From an uncultured virus (IMG/VR IMGVR_UViG_3300020036_003824) (taxonomy: Duplodnaviria; Heunggongvirae; Uroviricota; Caudoviricetes), in IMG/VR virus record IMGVR_UViG_3300020036_003824: a DNA stretch of 64,000 bases; one strand, 5' to 3'. A program made the position numbers and the translations under genes. Below, piece by piece: positions 36,418 through 46,617 of this stretch. Within the stretch, counting starts at the first letter, position 1. Each line of letters begins with the position of its first letter. The notes under the pieces are model-generated. The model saw only the letters and a program-made list of their open reading frames with translations, searched no databases and was not told the origin of the DNA.

Positions 36418-36764
36418 AAAAGCGAATTTTTGGCAGTGAAATGATGGGAGAATATGACGCGAACAATCCCGCCGTCATCGGTGGTAACAAATTCGTGCTC
36501 CACCTTTCCAGTTTCCAGATCGGTCAGATCATCGGGCGGGACATTTACAACGAACTGACTGTCCAGCCTTTCTATTTGGCTGTCCGGCGTTTCGAATTGC
36601 AGCACCGTATCGCCTTGTTTCAGGATGTACTTTCCTGACCAGTCTGCGAGTGATTCGACAGGCTCGTATGCGCTCGTTTCTTCATTCCATATCAGAATGT
36701 CAACGACGAAGGCGATGGATTCGCCCAGGCGGTAGTCAATGCTGAAATCGCAGTCGCACGTCAT
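36399..36764 (-). CDS. Ig-like / baseplate-upper-type small tail-region protein
   Basis: Beta-rich 121-aa ORF between the fibre genes. Confidence 0.5.
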   Translation of the reverse strand: MTCDCDFSIDYRLGESIAFVVDILIWNEETSAYEPVESLADWSGKYILKQGDTVLQFETPDSQIERLDSQFVVNVPPDDLTDLETGKVEHEFVTTDDGGIVRVIFSHHFTAKNSLLWETSQ

Positions 36765-37132
36765 TGCTTTTTGGGTTTTGTGGCCGCTTTTTTGGGGGCC
36801 GGTTTCTTTTTTGGAGCGGGTTGTTTCGCGGGTTTTGCTGATCTGTCACCTCCCATGATTGACATGCCGCCTACAATATCTTCGAATTGCGCCTGCATAT
36901 CATTCAGGATTAGCAGTTCGTTTTCCAAGGCGCTTATTTGCCGCTCAATTTCAGACCTTCGTGCCGTGATAAATGCCGTGTCCTGAATCTCTTCGACCGA
37001 AACAATAGAACGTTTGTAGTTCAGTTTCCCGCCGTCGGTAGATACGATACTGTCAAGCGCGTAAACGAGCGTTTGCGCCTGCATGGATGCGGACAAGGCC
37101 AGAAAAAACAGCAATAGAATATTCTTTTTCAT
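36761..37132 (-). CDS. Signal-peptide-bearing coiled-coil protein with Lys/Pro-rich tail
   Basis: MKKNILLLFFLALSASMQA|Q. Confidence 0.7.
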   Translation of the reverse strand: MKKNILLLFFLALSASMQAQTLVYALDSIVSTDGGKLNYKRSIVSVEEIQDTAFITARRSEIERQISALENELLILNDMQAQFEDIVGGMSIMGGDRSAKPAKQPAPKKKPAPKKAATKPKKQ

Positions 37133-39777
37133 TGTGCTACCGAGTAGTTGAATTGATAAGTTGTTGAGGCCGTAAGCGCTGCCCTTGCCCGCACTGTGAA
37201 TCCGTTTTGCGTTTCAGAGGCAACCCGCCATTTTGCCATCTCGTTCGCTGCTTCGTCGTTTTTTGGAGTTAGGATCACATTTGTAGCGGTACCCGAAAAA
37301 GGGTTGCTGTAAGTGACGGTTATCAGCGTTCCGGTAGAAAGGCCCGTGCTACCTGTTGTCACCTCTATCGACCCATGCACATCGTTACTGCCAGCGCCCG
37401 CTACAATTCCCGCCGTTGCTCCCGATCCTGCCGCTACGCCTACGGTTGCAGTTGGAGTGCTTACACCCGTCAGGCGATACCAGTAGTTTTTATTCGGGTC
37501 GTAAAATTCAAGTCCCGAAAACGTGCTATTGTGGCGAATCTGCGGAATAGCCGCCGCCGAACGCTGCGCAATCGTACCGGATGGGATGCCTACGGCGTCG
37601 GTGCCTGTCACATGCAGCGTAACAAGTGCGGCACCCTGGTTAATGCCGACCTTGTTTGCGGTTGTGGCAGAAATGGCGGGGGTAACGGCTCCAACGTCAG
37701 CGTTTGCAGAAAGTTTCCACGGCTCACCTGATACGCTATTATCTATCTTAGATGCCCAATTAGTTGTCCCTGTTGTCATTAAAACGCCAGGGTCCCCGGA
37801 TGCCGCTGCATTTACCGAAAGGGTTAGCAGTGCACCACCTGTTCCCGTTGTTGCTGTATTGCTAAGAAGCCCTTCAACGTTGCCGTTTAGCATATTGATA
37901 ACCCCTGAAAGGATAGTCGCATTTGCGCCCGAACCCGAACCAGTTGCCCCATAAAATGTAGAGTTCAATAAGCCGCTACCACCCGCAACCAACATGCCCT
38001 GCGAGGAAAGCAGGCCGTTGATAGTGAGCGCCGATGCAGTTGACTGCGTAGCGCCTATGCTGATAGCCCCTGCATTGTCAAACCACATCCGATCAGTGTT
38101 ATTGGTTTCCACAACGACATCGAAGTTATCATTCGAGCCGATGCGTTTTGCTGCTGTGATGGTGTTACCATCAAGCAACCAGCCTGCCGTCGCAGGTGAT
38201 GAGTTTGTAACAGTTATAGTGCCGCCAGATTGGCCGATTGTTATGCCCGTACCCGCTGCGATAACAGCCTCACCGCCGCCTGCACCGCCTGCCGTGGACA
38301 GGGTAATTTTGCCGGAAGTGGTACCCGTAACGGTCAGGCTTTGCGCTTCATTTGTCACGCTGCCGTCAACCTCAGTGCCGGTAATGGTAAAGTTAGGGTA
38401 AGTGCCGGTCACTGCGTTGATGCCCGCACCTGTGATACTGACCGTTTGATCGGGCGCGCTGTTTGCCAGAGTAATAACGTTGCCCGTTTCGCTGATCGTA
38501 AGACCGCTGCCTGCCGTTATGGTTACGCCGGTAGAGCCTGACGTGTTACTGTTGATGATAGAGGTCGTGCCGCTACCTGCACCGACTGTGAGCGAACCCT
38601 CGTTGCTGATACTTCCGTCTACTTCCGTTCCCGTGATCGTAATGGTTGAGCCTGCGGTGCCGACCGTGTTGATGCCAGCGCCCGCAATCGTCATCGAACC
38701 GCCGGAATTGGAAAGGGTTGTCGTGTTTGATGCTACCGATATGGTTTGTAGTTCGTTTGTAGTGGAACCGTCTACCTCCGTGGATGTGATTGTAAAATTA
38801 GGGTAGGTGCCTGTGACGTTCGTAATGCCTGCCCCGGTCAACGATACGGTCTGATCGGGTGCGGTATTGGTCAGTGTGATAACGTTGCCGGATTCAGATA
38901 TGGAAAGGCCCGTGGATGCACTCAGCGTTACGCCGGTGGAGCCGGAAGTATTGGAGTTGATGATAGAAGTGGTAGAAGTGCCAGCGCCTACGGTTAGCGA
39001 TCCTTCATTACTTACGTTTCCGTCAACCTCTGTACCCGTGATTGTGAAGTTCGGATAGGTACCTGTTACGCTGTTGATGCCAGCGCCGGTAAGCGAAACG
39101 GTCACGTCCGGCAGGGTGTTGGTTATTGTCATGTTTGACGTACTGCCAGAAAGCGAAATTCCGGTTCCAGCCGTGTGCGTCACATCTGTACCCGTGGAAC
39201 TGTTCAGGGTAAGCGGCGAAGAGGTGCCGGTGTATGTCAGATTCGTCGGTGGGCCTGACAGCAGTTCCCAACTGTCACCATCCCAGTAATATACCAGATA
39301 ATCATCGCTATCCTGCCATAGGGAAGTCGTGTAGACAGCGGCGCCATTACCTACGCCTGCCGAAACGTTGGAGGGCGAACTACTCTGGAATGATTGTTTG
39401 AATGGAACCCATGCAGTTTGGGTTTTATCGTACCTGTGCAGGGTATTTGCCGCGTTCAACCAAAATGCCGTGCGGTTGTCGATGGTTGCAGCGCCGCTTG
39501 TCAGGGTTGGAAGGGGAGGGAGCGTAGAAGAAAAGGTGCCTTTTGCGTACCATACCGCATCTTCATAACTCCAATCGTAGCGCATACCAGTATTCAGGTC
39601 GTGCCACAAAATAGCGTTCGTATCGCGGGAAATGCGCCATGCCGGTTCATGCGTTGGCAGGCCTGGGCGAACCCAGACTATACCTCTACGGGTACTCTGG
39701 TACCCCAGTTCGATCCGATCCTGCGAGAAAGCAGAAAAGGCGGTAAGGAAAAGTATGATTGAAAAAAGGTATTTCAT
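37129..39777 (-). CDS. Long fibre-like Gly/Ser/Thr-rich repeat protein with signal peptide
   Basis: MKYLFSIILFLTAFSAFS|Q; repeated PDxTVSxTGAGI..VTGTYPNFTITxTEVDGxxxNE modules. Confidence 0.8.
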   Translation of the reverse strand: MKYLFSIILFLTAFSAFSQDRIELGYQSTRRGIVWVRPGLPTHEPAWRISRDTNAILWHDLNTGMRYDWSYEDAVWYAKGTFSSTLPPLPTLTSGAATIDNRTAFWLNAANTLHRYDKTQTAWVPFKQSFQSSSPSNVSAGVGNGAAVYTTSLWQDSDDYLVYYWDGDSWELLSGPPTNLTYTGTSSPLTLNSSTGTDVTHTAGTGISLSGSTSNMTITNTLPDVTVSLTGAGINSVTGTYPNFTITGTEVDGNVSNEGSLTVGAGTSTTSIINSNTSGSTGVTLSASTGLSISESGNVITLTNTAPDQTVSLTGAGITNVTGTYPNFTITSTEVDGSTTNELQTISVASNTTTLSNSGGSMTIAGAGINTVGTAGSTITITGTEVDGSISNEGSLTVGAGSGTTSIINSNTSGSTGVTITAGSGLTISETGNVITLANSAPDQTVSITGAGINAVTGTYPNFTITGTEVDGSVTNEAQSLTVTGTTSGKITLSTAGGAGGGEAVIAAGTGITIGQSGGTITVTNSSPATAGWLLDGNTITAAKRIGSNDNFDVVVETNNTDRMWFDNAGAISIGATQSTASALTINGLLSSQGMLVAGGSGLLNSTFYGATGSGSGANATILSGVINMLNGNVEGLLSNTATTGTGGALLTLSVNAAASGDPGVLMTTGTTNWASKIDNSVSGEPWKLSANADVGAVTPAISATTANKVGINQGAALVTLHVTGTDAVGIPSGTIAQRSAAAIPQIRHNSTFSGLEFYDPNKNYWYRLTGVSTPTATVGVAAGSGATAGIVAGAGSNDVHGSIEVTTGSTGLSTGTLITVTYSNPFSGTATNVILTPKNDEAANEMAKWRVASETQNGFTVRARAALTASTTYQFNYSVAQ

Positions 39778-39915
39778 CGCTTTAGCACCCCTGCTTTCTG
39801 CGATTACGGTACAAATATATGCTTTTCAAAGAAAAAAGCCCCGAAACTTTTAACAGTAACGAGGCCGGGTATAGAACGCAAAGCAAGGGTTTCTTTATTC
39901 CTTTCTCTGGAATTG

Positions 39916-40470
39916 TTAACTCAAAAAATTGTCCGTCACAAGCGGGAACGTTCCTTTGAAGGAAAGTGTCAACTGCAATTTCATCAGTTCGTCGGGGCTT
40001 TCCGGGATGATCGGGTCGGAGATCAGCGTCATAAGGATGCCGTCATTTCCGCCAAAAAGGCGCTCTTCCGTTCCGATCCACGCGGCATACTGTTGGCCAC
40101 CGACTGGCAGGGCATTGTTGAATGCCATGTTGACGTCGGAAGTATCTTCGACGTTGAAAGTAAATGTGTATTTCGGCGTGGTGAATACCGAACGGCGGCG
40201 GCTTACCGCGATTTCGTTCCGTTCAGGCGCTTGCAGGCCACCGATGCCGAAAAGGGTACGGATAGGTGCAAGGGTGCCGATAGTCGGAAGTGCGGTAGTG
40301 TTGCTCAGTCGACCTGCCCACTCTTCCGGGTCTTCCCAGTTTGTCAGGCTGTCGCCGTACCGCGTGATGTACAGTTGGTTCAGTTCGCCAAAAAAGGCGT
40401 TGATGTCGCACAGGTCGGAACTGGTTTGGGGCAGTACCGTGGAACAGATTTGAAGCAGTAGAGGGTGCAT
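39916..40470 (-). CDS. Putative major tail tube protein
   Basis: 184-aa beta-rich acidic protein with N-terminal Cys pair, own terminator, in tail region. Confidence 0.6.
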   Translation of the reverse strand: MHPLLLQICSTVLPQTSSDLCDINAFFGELNQLYITRYGDSLTNWEDPEEWAGRLSNTTALPTIGTLAPIRTLFGIGGLQAPERNEIAVSRRRSVFTTPKYTFTFNVEDTSDVNMAFNNALPVGGQQYAAWIGTEERLFGGNDGILMTLISDPIIPESPDELMKLQLTLSFKGTFPLVTDNFLS

Positions 40471-40590
40471 AGCCGACGTATTTATGCTGCAAAAATCCGT
40501 TACCGCGCCCGCGTGGGCAAAGACAAACAGTCATTATGTTTTTTACAAGTAAAGCGCTTGGGCCATTTAATAAACTGCATGCAACTTTTT

Positions 40591-40636
40591 TTCTTCCATT
40601 TCTTCCATTTCTTCCATTTCTTCCATTTCTTCCATT
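40591..40636. repeat. 9-bp tandem repeat (TTCTTCCAT)x5
   Basis: Seen directly in intergenic DNA. Confidence 0.95.
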
Positions 40637-40716
40637 CGGTAAACCTTGCCGCTTGGTAAAATATCAGTTGGAGCGCCTTGTATTCTATTCTTTGAAGCCT
40701 GTTGAATAAACCACAA

Positions 40717-40770
40717 ACGACGTACGCAAACGCAAAGTCATATATAGGGGTTTGCGTTTGCGTACGTCGT
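40717..40770. repeat. Perfect 20-bp inverted repeat with 14-nt spacer
   Basis: ACGACGTACGCAAACGCAAA-GTCATATATAGGGG-TTTGCGTTTGCGTACGTCGT. Confidence 0.95.
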
Positions 40771-40834
40771 AAAAAGCCGAAATATTATTCCCGATCACAT
40801 TGCTCAAGAAATGGAAGATAAGGCCAATATGCAT

Positions 40835-40870
40835 AAAAAAGCCCGCTTTCCACATGGAAGGAAAGCGGGC
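40835..40870 (-). terminator. Intrinsic terminator after the tail operon
   Basis: GCCCGCTTTCC stem followed by a T6 tract on the - strand. Confidence 0.8.
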
Positions 40871-40906
40871 GAGGGACACCTAATCTAACTTATAACCGCT
40901 GCAAAT

Positions 40907-41866
40907 CTAACAGCAATTTTCAAAGGCCGTGTAATCCCGCGTGAAAAATATTTCTATCAGTGCCAGGCAGTCGCCCATTTCGCCCGGCCACGATATTTCT
41001 ACCGTCACATCCTTTACCGCCCCTGAAACGCCGTATTGATCGGTAATGACGACGCCGAACGGGTTTGCGGTGAAAAGCGGAATGAGGCTGCAAAAGTCTG
41101 CTACCGTTTCAGGCGCGTAAAATGCTATTCGCCAGCGCTTTTTTACGGTCGCAAAGAGTAGTTTTTCCTGTTTCTTCCCATCGGTCGCCACCGACTTGTC
41201 CGTCAGGTAGGAAGGCTGCGAAGTCGGATGGTAGATGAAAAGTTTTTGAGCGGCCAAAACGGTGGGCGGGATGTCGCCAACTGCGCAGTTATTCACGCAC
41301 TCGATGCGGATGCGGGATTGGCACTCGCTGTCGGGTATTTCTGAAAATTCCGGGAAGTCCTCTATCTGTATCAGTTCGGAATACAGGCGCTTGGTATCTG
41401 CAAATTCCAGAATCAGGTAATACAGCCCGCCGGGTTTTACCCATGCGCCGTAGGTAGTTGTCACCGGACCGGCATCCGTCATTACGGTGATCGATCCTGA
41501 CGGGCTTATGTCCAGTTGCCCCGGATGTTCGATGTAGTGCTTTCCGTCGTAGTCGAATGTGCCGAGTGTCAGCAGGTCGGTAATTTCAGCAGCGCCCACG
41601 GGTGAAGCGCCGTCGTATTCCGTCGCATCCTTTTCTGCCAGGTAGATGACCGTCGGCGTATCCGTCGTTGGCCGCTCCACGATGAAGGGCAGCATCCGGG
41701 CAAAGCGGCATTGAAGGGCAATGTATCGCGGCTCGACATTGCAGTAGTTCATCCTGAATGTCTGTTTGGCAGCCGCTACCGCCCAATCATCCTCCCCGGT
41801 AAGTCCTGTTGTGGGCGCCGATCCCCAAAAAGGAAATGCGGTGGGCAAATTCTGTGGTGTATTCAT
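40907..41866 (-). CDS. Tail tip / minor tail protein
   Basis: Position after tape measure; 319 aa. Confidence 0.6.
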   Translation of the reverse strand: MNTPQNLPTAFPFWGSAPTTGLTGEDDWAVAAAKQTFRMNYCNVEPRYIALQCRFARMLPFIVERPTTDTPTVIYLAEKDATEYDGASPVGAAEITDLLTLGTFDYDGKHYIEHPGQLDISPSGSITVMTDAGPVTTTYGAWVKPGGLYYLILEFADTKRLYSELIQIEDFPEFSEIPDSECQSRIRIECVNNCAVGDIPPTVLAAQKLFIYHPTSQPSYLTDKSVATDGKKQEKLLFATVKKRWRIAFYAPETVADFCSLIPLFTANPFGVVITDQYGVSGAVKDVTVEISWPGEMGDCLALIEIFFTRDYTAFENCC

Positions 41867-41871
41867 GGGTT

Positions 41872-43518
41872 TTAGTATTTCGCTGTGATTTCAAGTTCCG
41901 ACGTTTCCAAATTCAGGTCTGCGTTGTCAATTTCGCCGTTGCCCAGTGAGGTAATGATGTAATCATCGGGCCGGAAGGTGTCGGTGCAGCATTTTTTGAC
42001 TTTGAAAGCCGGCTGCTTGCGCGTTTTTCGGATAGAATCAGGTTCTACCTCTTCTCCATTGATTTTTCCGATACCTGCCATGTCGAAAGTGTGGTAGTTG
42101 GCATGTAGTTCGGTGAATGAAAGCGGGCGGTTATCCTGAATGACGCGGTAAACCCCTTCTACCTGCTCTGTTGCCATCATAAACCAGCCTGCATCGCCTA
42201 CCGATTCGGCATTGTCCGCATCGGTGGCAAAAACCAGGTCTGTGTAAAACACCGTGCAGCGCGCATCCACTTCACCCTCTCCGCAGTAGATTTCAATCGG
42301 AAGCCCTTTGAAATAGTCGCTGCACTGTTCATCCCGAAAGTAAAAGCGCGTCAGGCGCGGGCTGTTTGAATTGTCGCGTTGCAACTCCCGCGTGTAGTAT
42401 TCGTTCGTGTAGTCGTTGCCTTCCTGCGCTTCGTAAAAAGATATGTGTTCCAGCCTCAAATTAACGTCGTCCGAAATGCTGGGCCGCACTTTGAACATGA
42501 CCCATAGATCATCCAATACCTCTTTGATTTTGATAACCCAAACCGGCTTTGTGCTTTTGTTGGTAGCGTCAAAGCGTTTGATGTCGGACTTTTGAAAGAG
42601 CACAAGGTTTTGCAGGTACAAAAGCGCCGCCTGGTATGCGCGGTTGTCGGGCGCATCGCCTTGCGGGTTGATGTTGAAAAAGTCTGACTGCACCTGAAGG
42701 CCGCATCCGGATTGATCTAAAAGGTACTGCATTACGTCGCTGAACATGCGCCCGTATTGGTACGTTGCTGCCAGGTGCGAATCAGTCGGGCATTTCCAGT
42801 ACAGCGGTGTTCCGGGGCATGATCCATCGAACAAATACCAATCGGAAACAAGATCGGGCGGAACGGGGGTGCCGCCTTCGCAGGTGCCTTCCTTTACGAG
42901 CCGGTGATAGAAAAATGTGCAGGTGTGTATGATCGGCTGCGGCGTGTCTACCACCTCATCAAAGCAGTAATCAGGTACGGTCGGCGGGATTGCCTGCTCA
43001 CACGGTATGTTGTAGTCTGCTTGAAATTCAAATGTGCTGTACTGATCTGTGTACGGCTTTACCTCGATCTGTTCAGGTATATCGTAGATGTTGATGACTT
43101 CCGTCCATTTCTTTTTTATGCACTCGATACCCCAATCGGCGAATGAAAATTCGGAGACTTTTGGCTTTACGATGACGTACTTTTCGTCTCTGTTGATGCG
43201 CCATTCAGTCGTCGTAAATTCGCCCACCCAAAACTCCGACCATGCGCCATTGCAATACAGATCGACACTGATCTGGAAGCGGTAACAGCCGTTGTCCATG
43301 ATGAGAAAAGATGCCCACGGGTTTTCTGGTTCATCTACATCCCATTCATTTTTCGGTAGCGCATTGCAACTGATCTGGACTTCATTCTTTATCGAAAACC
43401 GATAGTTTTTGAAGTCCGGATCCGGCTTGTAATTCATAAGCGCATCCCAACCCACTTTGATTACAGCGTCAGGCAGCCCGTAATCATCGCACTGCATTCT
43501 AACCCTTATTTCCGCCAT
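41872..43518 (-). CDS. Cys-rich tail tip / hub protein
   Basis: Immediately follows tape measure; 548 aa. Confidence 0.6.
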   Translation of the reverse strand: MAEIRVRMQCDDYGLPDAVIKVGWDALMNYKPDPDFKNYRFSIKNEVQISCNALPKNEWDVDEPENPWASFLIMDNGCYRFQISVDLYCNGAWSEFWVGEFTTTEWRINRDEKYVIVKPKVSEFSFADWGIECIKKKWTEVINIYDIPEQIEVKPYTDQYSTFEFQADYNIPCEQAIPPTVPDYCFDEVVDTPQPIIHTCTFFYHRLVKEGTCEGGTPVPPDLVSDWYLFDGSCPGTPLYWKCPTDSHLAATYQYGRMFSDVMQYLLDQSGCGLQVQSDFFNINPQGDAPDNRAYQAALLYLQNLVLFQKSDIKRFDATNKSTKPVWVIKIKEVLDDLWVMFKVRPSISDDVNLRLEHISFYEAQEGNDYTNEYYTRELQRDNSNSPRLTRFYFRDEQCSDYFKGLPIEIYCGEGEVDARCTVFYTDLVFATDADNAESVGDAGWFMMATEQVEGVYRVIQDNRPLSFTELHANYHTFDMAGIGKINGEEVEPDSIRKTRKQPAFKVKKCCTDTFRPDDYIITSLGNGEIDNADLNLETSELEITAKY

Positions 43519-46369
43519 AATTTGGATAGTGAGTAGTTACGTTTCCTTTTCGTTTGATCTTTCCATCCGGTGACCAATCCTCTTTTCTTGCCTGCTCAAT
43601 CATAATTTCGAGCATTCGCTCCATCAAAAAGATTGAACGGGAGTTATCGCGGCTTTCCCCGCTTGCGCCGGCCATATCGCTACTCGCGCTCAGGCGCTTG
43701 GTAATGGCCGAATGATCCATGTCGGGCGTTTCCATGCCGGATAGTTGGAAGGCGTGTCGTGCAAGCGCCCGGCGGTCGCCACGGTTCGCAGCGTCCAACA
43801 GATCGAAGTATTCCGCTACGCGCTCTTTACGCACAACCGAAAAGCGCTTTTTACTGCCGTCCTGTCCGACTTGCATAAGTTCGCCCTTTTCAATCTCGAT
43901 CAGGTTGCCCCCGTCGCTGTGTGATCTGCCATTGACAAATCCGTTATCTTCGATAAAGCCGCTACCGCCTTCGCGGAACTTTGTCGCCGCTGCGAAGGAT
44001 GCGCGTACGCGGCTTATGGTGGACAGCATGGTTGCGATAGCGGCAATGGCCAGCGCTACGCCCACAAACGGAACGGGTGCGCTGGAGGCGAAGAACTCTG
44101 CCGCCGCCGTGGCGATGGAACTGGCCTGCGTAGCCGCGTCAATCAGCGCCCGCTGCCGGGCTGCCTTCCGCTGCTGCTCAATCGCATCCGCCTGCGCTTT
44201 TTTAGAATCTTCCAGATCTGCCCGGCGGGCTGCTACGTTATTCGCAAACCCCTGCTTTTGCAGTTCCAGTTCCGCATTGAGCGCATCCTCCGCTTTTGCT
44301 ACGTTTTCATCCGCTACGCGCCGCGCCTCCGCAGCCGCTTCGATACGCGCCTGTGTAATTTGGTCGATTGCTTCCTTTACTGCCGATACGGCCTGTTTTA
44401 GCGCCTCATCTTCCTGCCCGCCGGATTTGAACCCAAGCAGTTCGATCAGCGATTTTGGCCCGGCATCTTTGCCGCCCTTCTCACCAAGGCCCGCTTGAAT
44501 CTGCCCGATTTCCGTCTGGATATTTTCAATCCGCTTTCTAAGTGTGGCTTTTTCGGTTTCGGAAAGGTTTGTTCCAAATTCGAGCGTGCGCTTCAACTCT
44601 TCCGACTGCATCTTCAGTTGGAATATTTCCCGCTCTTTTGCAATACGGGCCTCGAAAACCTTAATTTCTTCCTGTGTGCGTTTTTTTGAGAAAAAGGCGC
44701 GTCGTTGTTGCAGTTCGCTTTCTTTGAAAAGCGCCTGGTTTAGGGCTATTTCATCGGCGCGGGCCTCCGAATCTTCCTTTCGTTGATCGGCAGCGAATTT
44801 TTTAAGTTCTTCAGTCGCCTTTAAGCCCTGTTTCCTGATCTTTTCGCCCTGCAAAAGTTGCTCTCTGAAAGCGTCAGCATCCGCCTTTACTCTTTCAAGG
44901 GCATATTTGACCTTTATTCCGATGACGTTATCCTGAAACTGCCTTTCAGCGTCAATGCTGGATATGTGGTACTTGCGCAGTTCTTTAGCCAGCGCCGAAA
45001 ACCTTGCCGTTTCCTGCGCTATCTCCTTCGCCTCTCCATCCTTCATCGCTTCGATGCGGAGTTGCTGAATCTTCTTTTGTTCCGCTTCCAGTTCCTTCGC
45101 ACTTTTCACGTTCAATTCCTTCCGCTTGTCGGCTGCCTCTTTTTCAAGCCGCAGTTCTTCATCCGTTTTTTTCTTTATGAATAGGATGTTCTTCTCAAAT
45201 GTCCCGGCATTGAAAGTTACCTCCGCAGCCTTGTCTGCCAGTTTCTGCGTAAGCCGGTCGTTGGCCGTTCCTGTTATGTTGTCGATGAAAAAGCCGATCT
45301 GAAGAGCGGCGCCCTTCAAAAAGTTGGTGATAAAGTCACCGACGCTTTTCAGGATGGGCGAAAGTTTGTTTACAAGCCCGTTGTAAAGATTCGGCAGCGT
45401 CGTTGCTTGCTCTGCTGCGAGTTTGGAAAACTGTGAACCCTCTTTGGACAGGTTGAAAAAAGCAAGTTGCAGTTCCTCGAAACTGATCTTGCCCTCGCTT
45501 GCCAGTTTCTTTATCGCTCCCTCGCTCACGCCCAACTGTTTTGCAAACTGTCCGATAATCGGAATGCCCGCTTCTACAAGTTGGTTAATGTCTTCCGCGT
45601 AGAGCGTTCCGGCGGTGCGCGCCTTGCCGTAAATCGTTGCCAGTTCGTTGAAATCCTTACCCGTCGCTCTGGAGATCAGCGCAATGCGATTGAGCACATC
45701 GGGTAGTTTATCGGCATTTTCGCCGAAAGCAAGCAGGCTTTGCCCGGCCTGAAATACTGCTTCCGGGTCGAGGATGTTTTTGTTTGCAACCGTGGTCAGC
45801 GAGTTTACAAGTTTTGCCGCCTTGTCCGCATCTCCGGTGAAAGCGTTGAACGACTTTTGCGCTTTGTCGAACTGATTGGACAGGTCGACGGCTGATTTGG
45901 TCAATTCAACGACCTGATCGACAATTGCAAGTATCAGCGTAGCCTTTGTAATGGCGCCGAACGCCTCGCCCACCACCTGCGCCGCCAGGCTGCCTTCCTT
46001 GCCGATCTTTTTTAGATTCACTCCGACAGCATCGCCGGTCTGTTCCAGTTTTTTAAGACCTACCTCCGCGTTTTTCAGTTCTTTTGTATAAACCGTGATT
46101 GCGCGCGGGTCGTATGCCGTTTTCAGCGCCGTTCGAAGCGTATCGGCTGCACCTTTAAGTTTGGTGTATTCGGTTTTTAGTTTGTTGATGTCGTCCAACT
46201 GCTTGACCGCGCCGTCGCCTTCGGGGACAAAGGATTTTGAAGCCTTACTGGCAGCCTTGTTGATATCGACATACCCCTGCTCTATCTGTTGCAGACGCTT
46301 GTCCATCACATCCAGTTTGGACGTAACGTCGCTAATGTCAAGGGTAAGTTTCGATGATTCGTCTGCCAT
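43499..46369 (-). CDS. Tape measure protein
   Basis: 956-aa Ala/Lys/Glu-rich helical protein with GTLYAEDINQLVEAGIPI core. Confidence 0.92.
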   Translation of the reverse strand: MADESSKLTLDISDVTSKLDVMDKRLQQIEQGYVDINKAASKASKSFVPEGDGAVKQLDDINKLKTEYTKLKGAADTLRTALKTAYDPRAITVYTKELKNAEVGLKKLEQTGDAVGVNLKKIGKEGSLAAQVVGEAFGAITKATLILAIVDQVVELTKSAVDLSNQFDKAQKSFNAFTGDADKAAKLVNSLTTVANKNILDPEAVFQAGQSLLAFGENADKLPDVLNRIALISRATGKDFNELATIYGKARTAGTLYAEDINQLVEAGIPIIGQFAKQLGVSEGAIKKLASEGKISFEELQLAFFNLSKEGSQFSKLAAEQATTLPNLYNGLVNKLSPILKSVGDFITNFLKGAALQIGFFIDNITGTANDRLTQKLADKAAEVTFNAGTFEKNILFIKKKTDEELRLEKEAADKRKELNVKSAKELEAEQKKIQQLRIEAMKDGEAKEIAQETARFSALAKELRKYHISSIDAERQFQDNVIGIKVKYALERVKADADAFREQLLQGEKIRKQGLKATEELKKFAADQRKEDSEARADEIALNQALFKESELQQRRAFFSKKRTQEEIKVFEARIAKEREIFQLKMQSEELKRTLEFGTNLSETEKATLRKRIENIQTEIGQIQAGLGEKGGKDAGPKSLIELLGFKSGGQEDEALKQAVSAVKEAIDQITQARIEAAAEARRVADENVAKAEDALNAELELQKQGFANNVAARRADLEDSKKAQADAIEQQRKAARQRALIDAATQASSIATAAAEFFASSAPVPFVGVALAIAAIATMLSTISRVRASFAAATKFREGGSGFIEDNGFVNGRSHSDGGNLIEIEKGELMQVGQDGSKKRFSVVRKERVAEYFDLLDAANRGDRRALARHAFQLSGMETPDMDHSAITKRLSASSDMAGASGESRDNSRSIFLMERMLEIMIEQARKEDWSPDGKIKRKGNVTTHYPNYGGNKG

Positions 46370-46375
46370 TTCTTT

Positions 46376-46567
46376 TTACTTCTTTGACTGAATTTTTGCC
46401 TGTTTCTTGTTCGCTTCGTTCTTTTCACTGACGGAAAGCACATGGAAAAAAGAAACGATGTCCATGCTGCCTACGCTTTTCCATTCAAGGCCCGGCTGCC
46501 GGTTCATAATGGCTATTTTCGCCGTTGTCCAGAACTTTTGAAGGTCGTTTACCTTCTCGATAATCAT
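46376..46567 (-). CDS. Tail assembly chaperone, second (gpT-like) ORF
   Basis: Short ORF immediately before tape measure. Confidence 0.45.
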   Translation of the reverse strand: MIIEKVNDLQKFWTTAKIAIMNRQPGLEWKSVGSMDIVSFFHVLSVSEKNEANKKQAKIQSKK

Positions 46568-46617
46568 CTTCGCAGGCTCTTCTTTCTTCTGTGGCCGCTG
46601 TGGTCTTTTTGACAGTT

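Noticed and set aside
34625..39777. Possible diversity-generating retroelement targeting the fibre genes
   Set aside because: No reverse transcriptase ORF and no TR/VR pair with adenine-specific mismatches seen; the internal repeats are diverged protein repeats.
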